This document shows, in pieces, positions 1 to 12,973 of a DNA stretch of 36,666 nt; positions within the stretch are counted from its first letter, which is position 1, and each line of letters starts with the position of its first letter. The position numbers and the translations under genes are program-made. Location: assembly GCA_008632985.1 (NCBI GenBank), contig QPGO01000029.1:632874-669539 (forward strand). The letters are read 5' to 3'. Source of the DNA: Psammoneis japonica. Its lineage: Eukaryota. The notes under the pieces are model-generated. The model made no database searches. It was not told the DNA's origin and worked only from the letters and a program-made list of their open reading frames with translations.

Positions 1-1035
1 AGGGCAAAACAATTTGAGCTGGAACTGACATCACAGCCAACTGCTTCAGTGTTGACTCACAGTTTTTTCATGTGCTTCTGCTTCAGTGAGTTGCTGAAGG
101 ATTGCAGCCCATCATGGCATGTCAGCCATTGCATGTTTTCTTGTTTCTTGGCAACTGCATTTTGCTTTTCTGAAACTGCTCACTTGTTGTTGAGTGCAAC
201 AAAGTTGCCCTTTGTTGATGCAGCAATTTTTTGTGCAGTTGCATCTTTTCTTGTGCATCTTGTCACTCATGATGCCCTTCTCCATTGCACTCATTTGGAG
301 CTGAAAATCTGGCTTTGAGATGGTGCTCTGCATGCTCTCTCCATCATTGAAACCCTTTTGTCTGCCTGGTTGTCATTGCAGTGCTTTGACTTCATGTGTT
401 GCAAAAAGGGCTCCCTGTGCCAATCTGTTGTGAAATGTTTGCAGCTGTGTCAGGAGGATGCTGGTCCCCTCTTGATGACCTGTCAGCCAAGCTGTTTTGG
501 AAAATCAAAAGACTTTGGAATCTGTTTGTCAAGCATGCACTGAGCATGCAATTGAAACAAAAAAGATTTGAGTGTCCACCATGGCAACTTGTTGGCTAAA
601 TCTGCAACAGAATGGCTGCTGCCATGCTCCTGCCAAACATGGCACCAGAAGTTCTTGTGACAAGAGCTTTGCTTTGCAGAGCCAGAAGAGATGTCAAGCA
701 TGACAAACACAAGCTCTGTCATGTTCATGCATTGCCCCCACTGGTCAAATTCTCCTGCTCCTTTGTGCAAGTTCTGAAAGCATCTTTCTAAATCTGGCTG
801 CACTGACTGAAAGGACTGAGAGTTCAAGAAATGTGCTGTTGTCCTCTAAAAGTTCATTCAACAATGACCCAGCATTTTTCAATGCCTTTTCTTCAAGAGT
901 GCATGCAACTGCTTGGCAAATGATGCTCTTCCTCTGCACACCCCTGCTCTCAATCACTTTTTGTGGCCAACAAGATGACAAAATGGGCATGTCCAACCAC
1001 TGCTGGAACTTTGAGGCAAGAGGCAGTTTTCACAG

Positions 1036-1265
1036 GACAGACAATGTTGCAGTGAAGGACACACTGATGATTGTCAATGATGTGGTGAATTTGCATTTCT
1101 GGCTCAGGTTGAGTTGTGGGTCTTGTGATCACTGTTTGGCTTCTGCACCCAGCCAACATGGCAGTGGTGGTCAATGGCATCAGGAATGTGTTTGCAAGCC
1201 ATGTGGTGAGGTTGGGGTTGGTGAGACCAAACGTGTGCCAGTCCTCAAGCCTTGACACTCCAACA
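1036..1265. repeat. Diverged ~230-bp direct repeat, copy A (copy B at 2691-2934)
   Basis: Shared blocks gacagacaatgttgc, aaggacacactgatgattgt, ttctgcacc, aatgtgtttg, agccatg, gtgtgccagt/atgtgccagt and ctccaaca in the same order. Confidence 0.85.
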
Positions 1266-1654
1266 CAGCAGCCAAAAAGGCACAGCACAAAACTCAAAGA
1301 AGCAGCATCATTCAAAGGAAAGGCTGCCTGGGAAGTCATCGGGGAATCCAAAGGCACAGGCTGGAAAGTCATCAGGAACCCAAAGGGGCAACTCATGTTG
1401 GCAGATTGTGGCAAACAAGCTGGCTGAACAAGGGCAAAGAAACAGTCTCTGGATGGCTTTGCTGTGAGAAAGCTGTCAAGGGTCCTCTGCTGAAAGAGGG
1501 TGCAGCACGGTTGCAATGGGCTGGAACAACATGGGCAAGGATGCAGCTGAGTGTGGAAGCACAAGAGGCTCAAATGCTGAGTCAGCTCATCAGGCAGATG
1601 GTTGCACAGCACCACAAGGAAAATTGGTGAGTGTGTCAGAAGAAAGTTTGGCCC

Positions 1655-1740
1655 AGAGATGCATGCACTGGCATCTCTGAGGCAGGAGAGCATGCCAAGA
1701 GATGCACGGACTGGCATCTCTGAGGCAGGAGAGCATGTCA
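1655..1740. repeat. Tandem duplication, 2 x 43 bp
   Basis: agagatgca..actggcatctctgaggcaggagagcatg.ca starts at both 1655 and 1698. Confidence 0.9.
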
Positions 1741-2690
1741 AAAGAGCTGGAGCATCTGTTGGGAGATGCCACATCAGAGAAGGACAAGGCAACCTGGGGC
1801 AAGCATCAATGCAGTCACCATGTGAAACAGAGTGTGATCCACAAGACACAGAAGGTGAAAGGCATTTAACACAATTGTGGGACAGTGCACAAATGCTGTC
1901 CACCACAAGGTTGAAGGAGTGACAGAGTTGCAAAGGAGTGGGATGTGATGACAGCACTGTTGGAAATTCTCATGCAGATCTTGTTTGGTGCAAATGAGAA
2001 AATGCGCTTGCATGTCCCGGCAGTCAAGGCTTGGAAGCAATTGGTGCTCACTCATCAAGACAAAGGAGAGGCACTTCAAGATCACTGTGATTGGGTTCAC
2101 AAGCATTGTTGAGAGATGGTGGAAACACCCTGCAGCAGAGGAGTCATCTGAAAAGAAGTTGTCAAAAAAGAAGATGGGCTCAGCTTGGACACTCATGACA
2201 CCCCCGGAACAAAGAAAAGAACAAGTTGGTGGTGGCAATGCCAATGGAAGGAGGTGCCAAGCAATGTTGGCACATTTTGAAAGACCCTCATCAGCATTTT
2301 GTGCTGGGGGCCAATGCACTTGTCCCAACTCGGCTGAGGGGGCACTGCAGATGAGTTGGGCACACATGGGGCCAACAAAAAACCCAAGGGCACAAGCCTT
2401 GTGCAAAGCAAGAAGAAGAAGCAGGTCAAATGCCAGACATGCAACAATGTTGAGCACCATGTGAGAAAGAACTGTCCTTTTGCTCAACGGGGATGATGAG
2501 ATGACTCACAGCAGATTTGGATGATGTTGCATGCAGGCCACAGGAGTCAGTGAGCAGTCAAAGCAGTGTTTGATGGCATGGTTCCAAAGTGTCATCCTCT
2601 TGTGCTTGATGCACACAAGGCCAATTAATTGATGACTTGTGCAACAGAGTGTGTTGGAAAATTGGGGGGGGAGGTGGTTTTTGCAGGAAA

Positions 2691-2934
2691 GACAGACAAT
2701 GTTGCTTCCTTGCAGTGAAGCAAGGACACACTGATGATTGTGGCTGACACGGTGAATTCATGTTCACAACTCAGGTCACATTGCAGGTCTCATGCTCACT
2801 TTTTAGTTTCTGCACCTGGTGAACATGTGGCAACAGCAGTTGGTGGCATTGGAAATGTGTTTGTGAGCCATGCGGTGAGTTTGGGGTTAGCGAGACTGAA
2901 CATGTGCCAGTTGGCAAGCCATGATGCTCCAACA
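2691..2934. repeat. Diverged direct repeat, copy B (copy A at 1036-1265)
   Basis: Aligns by eye with 1036-1265. Many differences are TG<->CA swaps. Confidence 0.85.
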
Positions 2935-3420
2935 AACACAGGGCCCAATGAGTCAACTTCTTGCCGTGGTTGTTTTAAACTGGAAACCACTGCAACAAGG
3001 CTGCAGCCCTCTCTCCATTTTTCTTTGTGAGACATGTTTTCAGTCAGCTTGAGGGATGAAATGGTGGTGCAGCACTTGCTTGTGATGTTTTCATGTCATG
3101 CTGCTTTCTCCCAAGGTGAAAGCGCTTTTGTGATCTCTTTTCCAGATCTCTGCTTCAGCAAAACTCTGCTGCAGGTGCACAAAATCAGTCTACAGCACAG
3201 GGTTTTGCCACGTCGCTGCCAGAGCATGAGTTTTTCAAATGAAGACGTGACGGCGCGCGACAGGCTGAGGTCCTCAGCTGTCCAATCATGCCATCTTTGT
3301 TAGTTCGCTCTTCCTCTATTGCAGCACTCTAGAGAGGAACTCTAGAGCTACTACTGCCGTACTCGAGAGCGAGTGGTCTGAAACAGAAGCTTCGTGCTTG
3401 GTGTTAAAATGATTATTAGT

Positions 3421-4509
3421 TCAAGGGTTGTCGTCCCCTTCCTTTGTCCACGACGTCAAAGCCTCGTCTAAGCATTTTCTTGCATCTATCAACTTACTCT
3501 TGCCATTGCCAAAGTCAATTCCAATCTCTGATCCACTCTCCTCGTCACCAGAACTTTCGTCATCATCGCTGCTAGAGTCCTCTTGAAATTTTTCGTCCAG
3601 CAGGGCCACTAGCTGAGCTAGATGTATTTGAGCTTTTACCAGTTTCTTTCTAATCACTTTCCTCTTTGTACGTTCTGGCGTGCCCGACCCCGACAGAGAG
3701 GAATCTTCACTTGCAGTTTCATCAATGTCATTCGCCACGCCTTCAGCTGCTCGCTTTGCGTCTCCTTCTTTCTTGTTGTCAATTCCAAGGCGCACCTCGT
3801 CCCTCGCCTGTGAAAGAATTTGCTGCACTTGTTCTTCTTCGGACGGTTCCAGTTCGATTGATGCAGTTGTATCTTTGTGCGAATAAAACGAGACGCCAAG
3901 TCGTCTCAGCCCTTTATTTATATCCGAGACTCGCTCTTTTGAAGTTTTGAAACCAGACGGGAGTGTCGCATTCAACTCTGCTAGGCGTTCTTCGAGGGAG
4001 CTTTGCTGCTGAACAACATCTTTTGGTTCCGACTCCTTTATTTTTACATCATGCTTTCCAGTACAAAACAAGCTGGAAAAGATAACGAGTCTCTGATGAA
4101 TTTCTTCTTCGGAAATTGAGAGACAGAGCGGTTTTTTCCGCGACGGCTTGGAATCAACCGCGTCCTCTTCGACGGTTACGTCGTCTCGCGTACTCTTGTC
4201 CTTGTCATTCTCACTTGTAATTGCTTCGAAAAAGCAAGAACGTCCTCGCATTCTGTACTCGAAACTTTGACGCCCATAGAGCTCTGAAATTTTCGTCTGC
4301 TCCTCCACGTTCGAATCATTCGTCTCGTGTTGACTCTTGGAAATTTCTTCGGCGAGCGATTCTAAAATGTTCGTGGCTTGTCCAAACGAATCAGCGGCAG
4401 ACCACCAATCCTCCTTTTGTTCTAGTTCGTTGCCTTTTTTGATGAGTTCAAATGCATTGTCCAACTTCTCCTCTTGCGATGTCATTGCTTTTAGACTCCG
4501 TTGCGACAT
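3421..4509 (-). CDS. Hypothetical acidic helical protein (362 aa), possible N-terminal MIT-like helical bundle
   Basis: Uninterrupted ATG-started ORF with normal composition. N-terminal LDNAFELIKKGNELEQKEDWWSAADSF resembles MIT-type helices (weak). Confidence 0.65.
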   Translation of the reverse strand: MSQRSLKAMTSQEEKLDNAFELIKKGNELEQKEDWWSAADSFGQATNILESLAEEISKSQHETNDSNVEEQTKISELYGRQSFEYRMRGRSCFFEAITSENDKDKSTRDDVTVEEDAVDSKPSRKKPLCLSISEEEIHQRLVIFSSLFCTGKHDVKIKESEPKDVVQQQSSLEERLAELNATLPSGFKTSKERVSDINKGLRRLGVSFYSHKDTTASIELEPSEEEQVQQILSQARDEVRLGIDNKKEGDAKRAAEGVANDIDETASEDSSLSGSGTPERTKRKVIRKKLVKAQIHLAQLVALLDEKFQEDSSSDDDESSGDEESGSEIGIDFGNGKSKLIDARKCLDEALTSWTKEGDDNP

Positions 4510-4853
4510 ACATTCGGCTTGAAGAGTGTGGCGGCGTCATCATGCCTGCATCCTGCATCATGATGGTCGTGTGTCGTGTCGGTTGGAGATGTTTTTCCGA
4601 CTTCGGCTTCCGTACTTCATGCAGCGTTGTGCGCACGGCCGGCGCGGTCGCGCGAACCTCTCGCCTTTCAAAAAGCGTGGGGAAACGATCGACGACAGCG
4701 ACACCATGATCCATGACATAGACTACTTCGTAGTAATACTGCGAGTACTGTACAAGAGGCAGAGAAGATAACTTTCAAACGAAAAGAGGACCAACGCTAA
4801 TAAAGAGCTCACTATTGTACGCTGTTATGGTAATTTGCTGACGAGCTTTTGTG

Positions 4854-5676
4854 ATGAGCGGCGATCCACTCAAAGAAGCTACCAACAAAAGGATTGCGAC
4901 GACACTAACAATAATGGGGGACAGCTGTATTTGCTTCTTGAGAATGCAAGCAAGGCAAATAATTTGGGCCCAGTTCTGCGCTGTGCAGCGGCCTTCGCCA
5001 TTCATACGGTTGTTGCGATTGGTTACAGCCAGTGCAGTACCGAGGGCTCGCATGGCGCTTCAAAACATGTAGAGATTGTTGCATTCCCGACCGTTGATCA
5101 AGCTGTTTCTTTCTTGAGGACTGAATGTAATTGTGAATCTTTTGTTGGGTTATTGGGCGGTGTATCTATCAACAATAAAGTAGAGGAATCCGCCGTCGTC
5201 GAAGATGTCCAACGTGGAATCGTTCAAATTTCCCGAAATTCTGACGAGACAGTTGGCAAGAAGTATCCCTGCTCCTTTGATGTCGGTCATGTTCAGCCCT
5301 TCTCCAACGGAAACTGTTGCCTGGTTTTAAGCAAGAGCTGGCGGGGGCTGCCTATTTCGTTAGCAAGCTGTTGTGACATGTTTGTTCACGTTCCTCATGC
5401 TCATGTAGTGACTCCTGACAATGCCGATCTCGGGGTTGAGCTACTGGACAGCCAGACTTGTCTTGCCATTGCCTTGCATCACTTTTCTATATACGCAAGG
5501 CCCGACGAACGCGCATTTAAGAAGCAAAAGTTCGAAAAAGGCGTTCCAGTGCAATCGGATCGAGAGACGAAGTCAAGAGAACGACGAGACGCAAAGGAAA
5601 AGGCAGCAGCAGACGCAGGGGGTGTTTCACGGGGTCGCTCGGCGATATGCTCAGCACGTCGGCGGAGGATTATTAA
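4854..5676 (+). CDS. SpoU/TrmH-family tRNA/rRNA methyltransferase-like protein; ends uncertain, probable indels near 4890 and 5620
   Basis: LYLLLENASKANNLGPVLRCAAAF...GSHGASKHV and CDMFVHVP match SpoU motifs. ATG at 4854 and the C-terminus GCFTGSLGDMLSTSAEDY* (TAA 5674-5676) each need one indel in a base run. Confidence 0.7.
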
Positions 5677-5838
5677 CGCGACACCCACATTTAGCACATA
5701 TGACACTTACAATCTATCAGTGGAATTTGTTATGCCACATGATCTTGAATTACGGTTGCTGATCGCTCCAACACTCCAACATACTTCTACAGTAACAATT
5801 TGGAAATTGTAACAAGCGGTACTTTCTCTTTAGCGTTA

Positions 5839-6399
5839 CTATACACATTCTAATTCGTTCTGGTTGAAATGCATAGTAAATGTCACTGGCGCATCATAGC
5901 CTTCATCGGTATTTTCCCCTGCCTTAAATTTTACTTGGATTGGGAGGTTTGCACTGAGCTCGTTTACATCTTTTATCAAAGTCACTTTGCCGCGCAGGCC
6001 AACTGGGACGATTAGATTCTTGGTTGCTCTACCACCATCTTTGGAAGCCGGAACAAACTTTTTGTCTTCATCATAGCTACCAAATCCCTTGGCATTAATG
6101 TGGTATGCTTTCAGACCTTTTGCGGAAACGCGGACCAGCGCGCCCACCGAGAACTCGATTCCGTTCGCGTCTTGTATCACCGCGGCCTTGTCTCCGTCAT
6201 CTGTTGACGCAACAGAGACTGTGTTCAGGCAACTTCTGAATCTTTCATACGTTTTGGTCGTACATTGGAACCGAGATATCCTCGACGTGGTAGAGAATGA
6301 TGAGGAAAGACACACCATCAAACAGAGAACCATCACGCAGAACCATCTTGAAGTAGGCAAAACTCCCGCCTTTTGATTTAGGACCATTCTTGCGCCCAT
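5839..6399 (-). CDS. ftrV: Ferredoxin-thioredoxin reductase variable (alpha) chain, plastid-targeted
   Basis: FSVGALVRV...AYH...LRGKV...LSANLPIQVKF...MHFNQNELECV matches the FTR variable subunit. A hydrophobic signal followed by SSSF fits a diatom bipartite presequence. True start may be a downstream Met. Confidence 0.8.
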   Translation of the reverse strand: MGARMVLNQKAGVLPTSRWFCVMVLCLMVCLSSSFSTTSRISRFQCTTKTYERFRSCLNTVSVASTDDGDKAAVIQDANGIEFSVGALVRVSAKGLKAYHINAKGFGSYDEDKKFVPASKDGGRATKNLIVPVGLRGKVTLIKDVNELSANLPIQVKFKAGENTDEGYDAPVTFTMHFNQNELECV

Positions 6400-7847
6400 A
6401 AAAGTCTTTGGGACCTGACCTTACTGTATGTTTTGTTCAGAAGGCAAAGCCGACTTGGTCTTGAAACAAGAATCACCACAGGAAAGTCTCACGCATAAAT
6501 TTGCCGTTCGCCATTGTATCTTCGATCTTCGCATCCTGACGAAGCAAGAAGCAAGCGCCGCGAAGGACAGACTGACGGACTCTCAGACGTAACTAGTCTT
6601 GAAACATGATCAAATGAATCGTGACTGAACCTACCGGAGGCAGCTTTTGAAAGTCTCGAATATTCTCTACTCTCTACTCTCTAGCTAGTAGAGGGCCCTA
6701 CTAGTCGAGGGCTCTTTAACTACTTACTTCTATTTAGAAAGTAACAACGAGAGGCAAATTGCAGCACTACTTGAAACTAGCCCCGCACCATGAATGATGG
6801 AACTAAGCCTAGGGCCTAAGCGCCCATGAAGACCACCGTACGTATAATCCGGCTCCGTCTCCGATTGTGGAATCACTTGTCAGTTTCCGAAACGTGGTGG
6901 ATAGAGTTCCGAACAAGAACAAAAAAGTGCGTGGCTCTTGAAAGTCAATTGGAAATATCGTACAAGATGGATGCTTAGAGGCATCGTTAATTGCGTCCTT
7001 ATTCAAGTATTCGAACGCAAAAGCGAGAGGACATTGGCAACACTGCTAGAGAAGCCATCCAGGCGCGCTTTGGGCCAGGTAGTTGACGCGACAAGATATG
7101 TTTCTAACAACAAAACTTGCTCCCACACTGCTTACAACTAACTTCGCTATATAACTTAAGTATAGTTCTGCTTGTTGCGTGCATTAGGTGTTAACCTCCT
7201 TTGTACCGTCGGAAAACGCTGGGACCGAGGTTGAGAACCCGTGCCCCATGTCGAATGTGTAGTCTAATTTGGGGCTGGTGTGGCATGAGAGTGCTGCCTT
7301 GACATTTTCGAAACATCATGACAAGCTTTGGAATATTTCCTGAATCAGGACTAGGGCGGTGGCTATGCCATTGCTATGGGTCCTGTCGTAAATCAATTTG
7401 TTGCTGGGCACTATGACGCGAAACAATGGATTACACAGCTATAACCCAGGCAATACAAGCAGATACAAGGGGGACTGAAGCATTTCGATACCAATGTTTC
7501 GACAACTTGTACAAAACTGAACACATACGCCACCCAACAAGCTCTAAATGTTACAATAAACCGAATGACCTTTCGGAGAATATGAAAACAATATGAAGGA
7601 CCGACCTGATACTTCCAGCTTATCGATTTCACTTTTTGCCAACAGATGCGCGAAAAGAAAAAAAGAGAGGGAGTTCTGGAGTGCGACAATTCCATTGGCC
7701 ACTTCGCCACCCCGTAATCGCAAGCAATGCCTGCGAAAGAACGAGACAAAAAAGTAGCCGCCAGAAGAGTTTACAGAAAAAGCCGAAGCCTAATCCATAG
7801 ACACAACATGCCGTACCACAACTAGTCTCCCCCTCTGTGAGATCTCC

Positions 7848-9285
<1,438 letters not shown>

Positions 9286-9858
9286 GGTTATGATCCAAGG
9301 TCGGATCCAACGGTTTGTTGCGGATCTTTTGTGGTCGCTGTAAAACTTTCTACGGTGGAACTGGTACACTTTCTACGTGAGAGAATTGGTGGCACGAGGA
9401 ACGTTGGAGCTCTTTGTCGGCAATTCAGGCTTCTCTGAAACAGAATTATCCCTTTCTTTTCTTCCGTAAACTCTTAAAACTATTCGATATGGCTCTGCTG
9501 TATGCAATAGAAATGGCCCGTTGAGGGGGTTCAAGCGTACTTTGTTGAATGTTATGGTCTTTGCCTCTTGGCTTCGAAATCTCGACAAGCTTTGTCGTGT
9601 GAAAAGCGCGGTGTGTCCGTTTGCCAGTTCAGTACTACGAGCCAAGTGGAGTTCTACATACACTAGATTTACGACAATCCTTCGTAGGGAAAAACGAATG
9701 AAAACAATCCGTACGTGAAAATATAGATTTGCTGCCATTTTGATCCTTGTTGAAGGAGACAAAGGTCGGCACAGTACGATACTACTCTACTACTAGTAGC
9801 TGAGCCTCATTCTTACTCTAGTCAACTAGAGAGAAGCGTACCATCCATGCGTATGTTT

Positions 9859-9880
9859 AGAGAGAGAGAGAGAGAGAGAG
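9859..9880. repeat. (AG)11 microsatellite
   Basis: Direct reading. Confidence 0.95.
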
Positions 9881-10003
9881 CTCCACGAATTCCTAGTTTT
9901 TTAAGACGCAAGATCTGGGGATTTTTCCCATGACTTAATTTCTACAGGTGGTCTTTCGATCGGTGAAAACTGCTTGCAGTGGCACTGCAGCAGTTACATG
10001 TGC

Positions 10004-11388
10004 CTAATGCTCAGAGCCAACCATTCCCTCTCCATTCTCGTAAGGATCCGCCTGTACTAGCCCTCGCAATGCCTTTTTGAGACACCTGATATTGTAGTTG
10101 ATTAGACTCTTCTTTCGAAAGTTCTCAGAGCGAGTGATACAAACCAATGCCAGCATGGTGTCAACCTCCTTTAGATACAAAACCTTGTGACAAAACCGAG
10201 AAAACACAACATCAGCCGTGCTGAGATGATTTTCTGCAACGAACAAACTAGAGTTTCAATATTGCAACTCACCATTCCATTGCTAAGCCGAATCACGCTA
10301 GAGCTGTCGTCGTCAAAAGCAGAACCGACCGCATCGGATGCGCCTTCGTCTTCGTCTTCTGATCCATGACTAATCAGTGTCCCAAGCAACTCGTCCTGTT
10401 GAGAGCCACCGTCTTCCCGCCCATTATTTGGCGAGTCGGTCAAGTTCGAAGCTGATTTCTTACGAGGTGGTCCCAAGCCGTAGATTCCGCTAACATCCAA
10501 GACGACATCAATCATATCGGAACACAATTCCACACTTTGCATATCAATCGGGCCTGAATCGGTAGAAATGTAGAGCTTACTCGAGACATCAAAAAGATAC
10601 GCCTTTTCCATGGAACAGGTTGAAACCAACACGTTCAACAAGTTTTCAAGCGTCGGAAGTTGAGGTATTAGTCTCTGGACGACGCGACTGAGAGCATCAT
10701 GGATCGAGTGGTCATAGATTGACGTCAAATGGTACCTCGGTTGTATCATCTCGGACGAAACGCCCATATCATGGAGCTCATCGTTCACCTGAGTCATGAC
10801 ATCACGATGACAATCATACTTTGCCTCGTCACTCGAAAACAACTCACCATCTACTTTGTTGATAAAGACCTCAATCGTAATGGAGGGGTTGACCTGAATG
10901 GCACGAGTCACAGCACTCGTAAAGCTCTGTAAAACATGATCATAGGGCTCATCCTGTGCGTCCATCACAAAGACAACCGAGGTGGATCCCAAGAAGAAAT
11001 GATCGAGTTTTTCATCTTCGGTGACGCCATAATAGTCTCCCGGAAAGTCCCACAGCGTAAAACGACACAGCGGCGTATGATCCACAACGGCTCTCTCCAA
11101 GCCCTGTGTGGCTTCCAAACGAAACAGTGTTTCATGCGGCGACATTTTCTGAAACACAACTCGTTGAATACTCGTCTTGCCACTTCGCCGCGGTCCCATC
11201 AAGAGAATACGAGGCAGGTTTGCAATCTTTGGGTCGTCAAAGTCAATGTCTTGGCTTGAATGAGTATCCGACACTGCTGCATCATCGCCGTAGCTGTAAT
11301 CATAACCTGGATTGACACCACCGTCGTCGTAACCATACATGTCTCCGCCTCCGTCGGGATGAAAGGCAGGATCGTCGTGCTGTTGCAT
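10004..11388 (-). CDS. GTR2: Rag GTPase RagC/D (Gtr2); intron 10184-10272
   Basis: RILLMGPRRSGKTSIQRVVFQKMSPHETLF, WDFPG, FINKVDG, LTSIYDHSI, ELCSDMIDVV. The intron joins RLSNGM to VLYLKEV. Confidence 0.95.
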
Positions 11389-11769
11389 CTTTAAGGTTTG
11401 CTCGGGTTTGATAGCAGAATACACAAGTTGTCCACTATTTCGTACAGTACGACGGTATGTTGAATAAGTGCTTGTGTGAAGCCGTCAGATAAGAAGTCGT
11501 CGTCTGTTTAGTGAAGGTATGTTGACTGCTTGATTATGCTGAGTGTTGCGTGTTAATTGTGTGTTGTGTGTGGAGTGTGTGCGACCTAGTTAGAGAAAGC
11601 TCCGTATTGAATTCTACGTATTTCAACGTACCATGTCGTCGCAGTTGCGTTCACTCTAACTCACGCTTCACAAAAAGCTTTGCGGCACGACATCGAAGCG
11701 TCCTCTGCGTTGAGCTTTCTGACTCTGAACGCAACGTCTGGAATGTAATACCATAACGTGTCAGGTGAC

Positions 11770-12689
11770 ATGCACTTGCATAGAGTTTGGTTTGCCTATT
11801 GTTTCGTTAGTATTGGCTTTGCGTTCAGCGAGGCATTTCAAGTATCGGCAAGACTGCGTGGCAGGTCAAGTGTGCAAGTCAAGGGATTTCTTCGACCGAG
11901 AATTGCACTTGGGGCCTCGGTGAATGGTGAAGGAGCTCAGGGATTTGATAGAAAATTGGATGAATCGAAGAAGCGATGGGTTGTAGTTGTGGACGACGAA
12001 GAATCGATTCGTCAGGCTCTGGAAAAGTTCCTCTCTGCCAAGGGATATCACGTTTCGACGTGTGCCGATGGTGCGTCGGCCTTGAACGTTTGTCGTAGCA
12101 AAGTACTAGCCAAAAATACCGTTGGAGATCCTTCCGTCCCAGATGCAATTGTCAGTGATATTCGAATGCCAGGGATGGATGGTCTCGAATTTCTACGCCG
12201 AGTCCGTCGTGATGAAAATCTCGTTGGTATTCCGGTTGTGTTGCTTACCGCAAAGGATTGACACAAGATCGAATCGCCGGGTATAAAGCAGGAGCTGACG
12301 TTTATTTGCCAAAACCATTCGATCCAGAAGAGCTCGTTACCGTGATTGACAATTCCATTACTCGTCACGAACAACTAAAGGGTGAAAATGTCCGAGTTGA
12401 CGACTTGCAAAAAGATCTTGATGAAATCAAGTTCTTGCTCCTCCAAAAAGGCGGTGGCGGCGTTGGAAACGGGTTTGTCGCCATTACCAATGTTTTCTTA
12501 ACTGCAGACGAACGCGTTGTGTTGGAACTTTTATGCAAGGGCCTCATGACAAAGGAGATTGCGGCAGAGACTCATCTCTCGACAAGGCGAGTGGAGCAGC
12601 TCTTGACGAGCATGTTTCGAAAAGCAGAAGTGAGCAATCGTACTGAACTGGTGAGATGGGCTTTGTCGACGGGAAATGTAAATATATAG
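11770..12689 (+). CDS. ycf29: Plastid-targeted NarL/LuxR-family response regulator (Ycf29-like); one-base loss near 12255
   Basis: Signal peptide plus SEAF motif. Receiver domain VVDDEESIR...VSDIRMPGMDG...LLTAK(G)LTQDRIAGYKAGADVYLPKPFDPEEL. LuxR HTH LTADERVVLELLCKGLMTKEIAAETHLSTRRVE...NRTELVRWAL. Confidence 0.85.
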
Positions 12690-12714
12690 GGTTTCATGTA
12701 CGAGTAGGCGTGAG

Positions 12715-12973
12715 TGATTGACCTAGTCGGAAGAGGCGTAGAGAGATTAATGGGTGAGGGCGTACCAGCAGAAGCGCTACCTCACTTTCTCACTTGCTCA
12801 TGTTCTTCCACCCATTCTTCAACGCGCCTAGATATTGTCAAAACATGCATCTACGTTGTAAAATAGATTGAGACTTACTGTTGAAAATGGTTTCATTCTA
12901 GACATGAGATGATTTACCTAGTCGGGATAGGTGTCGAGAGATTGATGGGTATGAGCGCATCAGCAGAAGTGCT
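12715..12973. repeat. Pair of 64-bp diverged direct repeats (12715-12778 and 12910-12973)
   Basis: Ungapped alignment, 12 mismatches in 64 nt. Confidence 0.85.

Larger units (their letters stand above)
1..3240. repeat. Degenerate repeat/TE-derived block, strongly TpA- and CpG-depleted; element family not identified; truncated by window edge
   Basis: By eye only about 9 TA dinucleotides and few CG in ~3.2 kb. TG/CA are abundant. The overlapping ORFs lack Tyr and are Cys/His-rich. Contains internal duplications. Confidence 0.75.

Noticed and set aside
112..333. SWIM/MULE transposase zinc finger (CNC, CSC...HAM)
   Set aside because: Spacing does not fit CxC...CxH, and Cys/His are inflated by the TA->TG/CA shift.
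49..3303. Many overlapping Cys/His-rich ORFs (also at 13192-14673 and 33949-35888) as small proteins or zinc fingers
   Set aside because: TA depletion removes TAA/TAG stops and Tyr codons, which opens all six frames.
12715..12973. Using this repeat pair as proof of directional TA loss
   Set aside because: The second copy both loses and gains TA relative to the first, so the direction is ambiguous.
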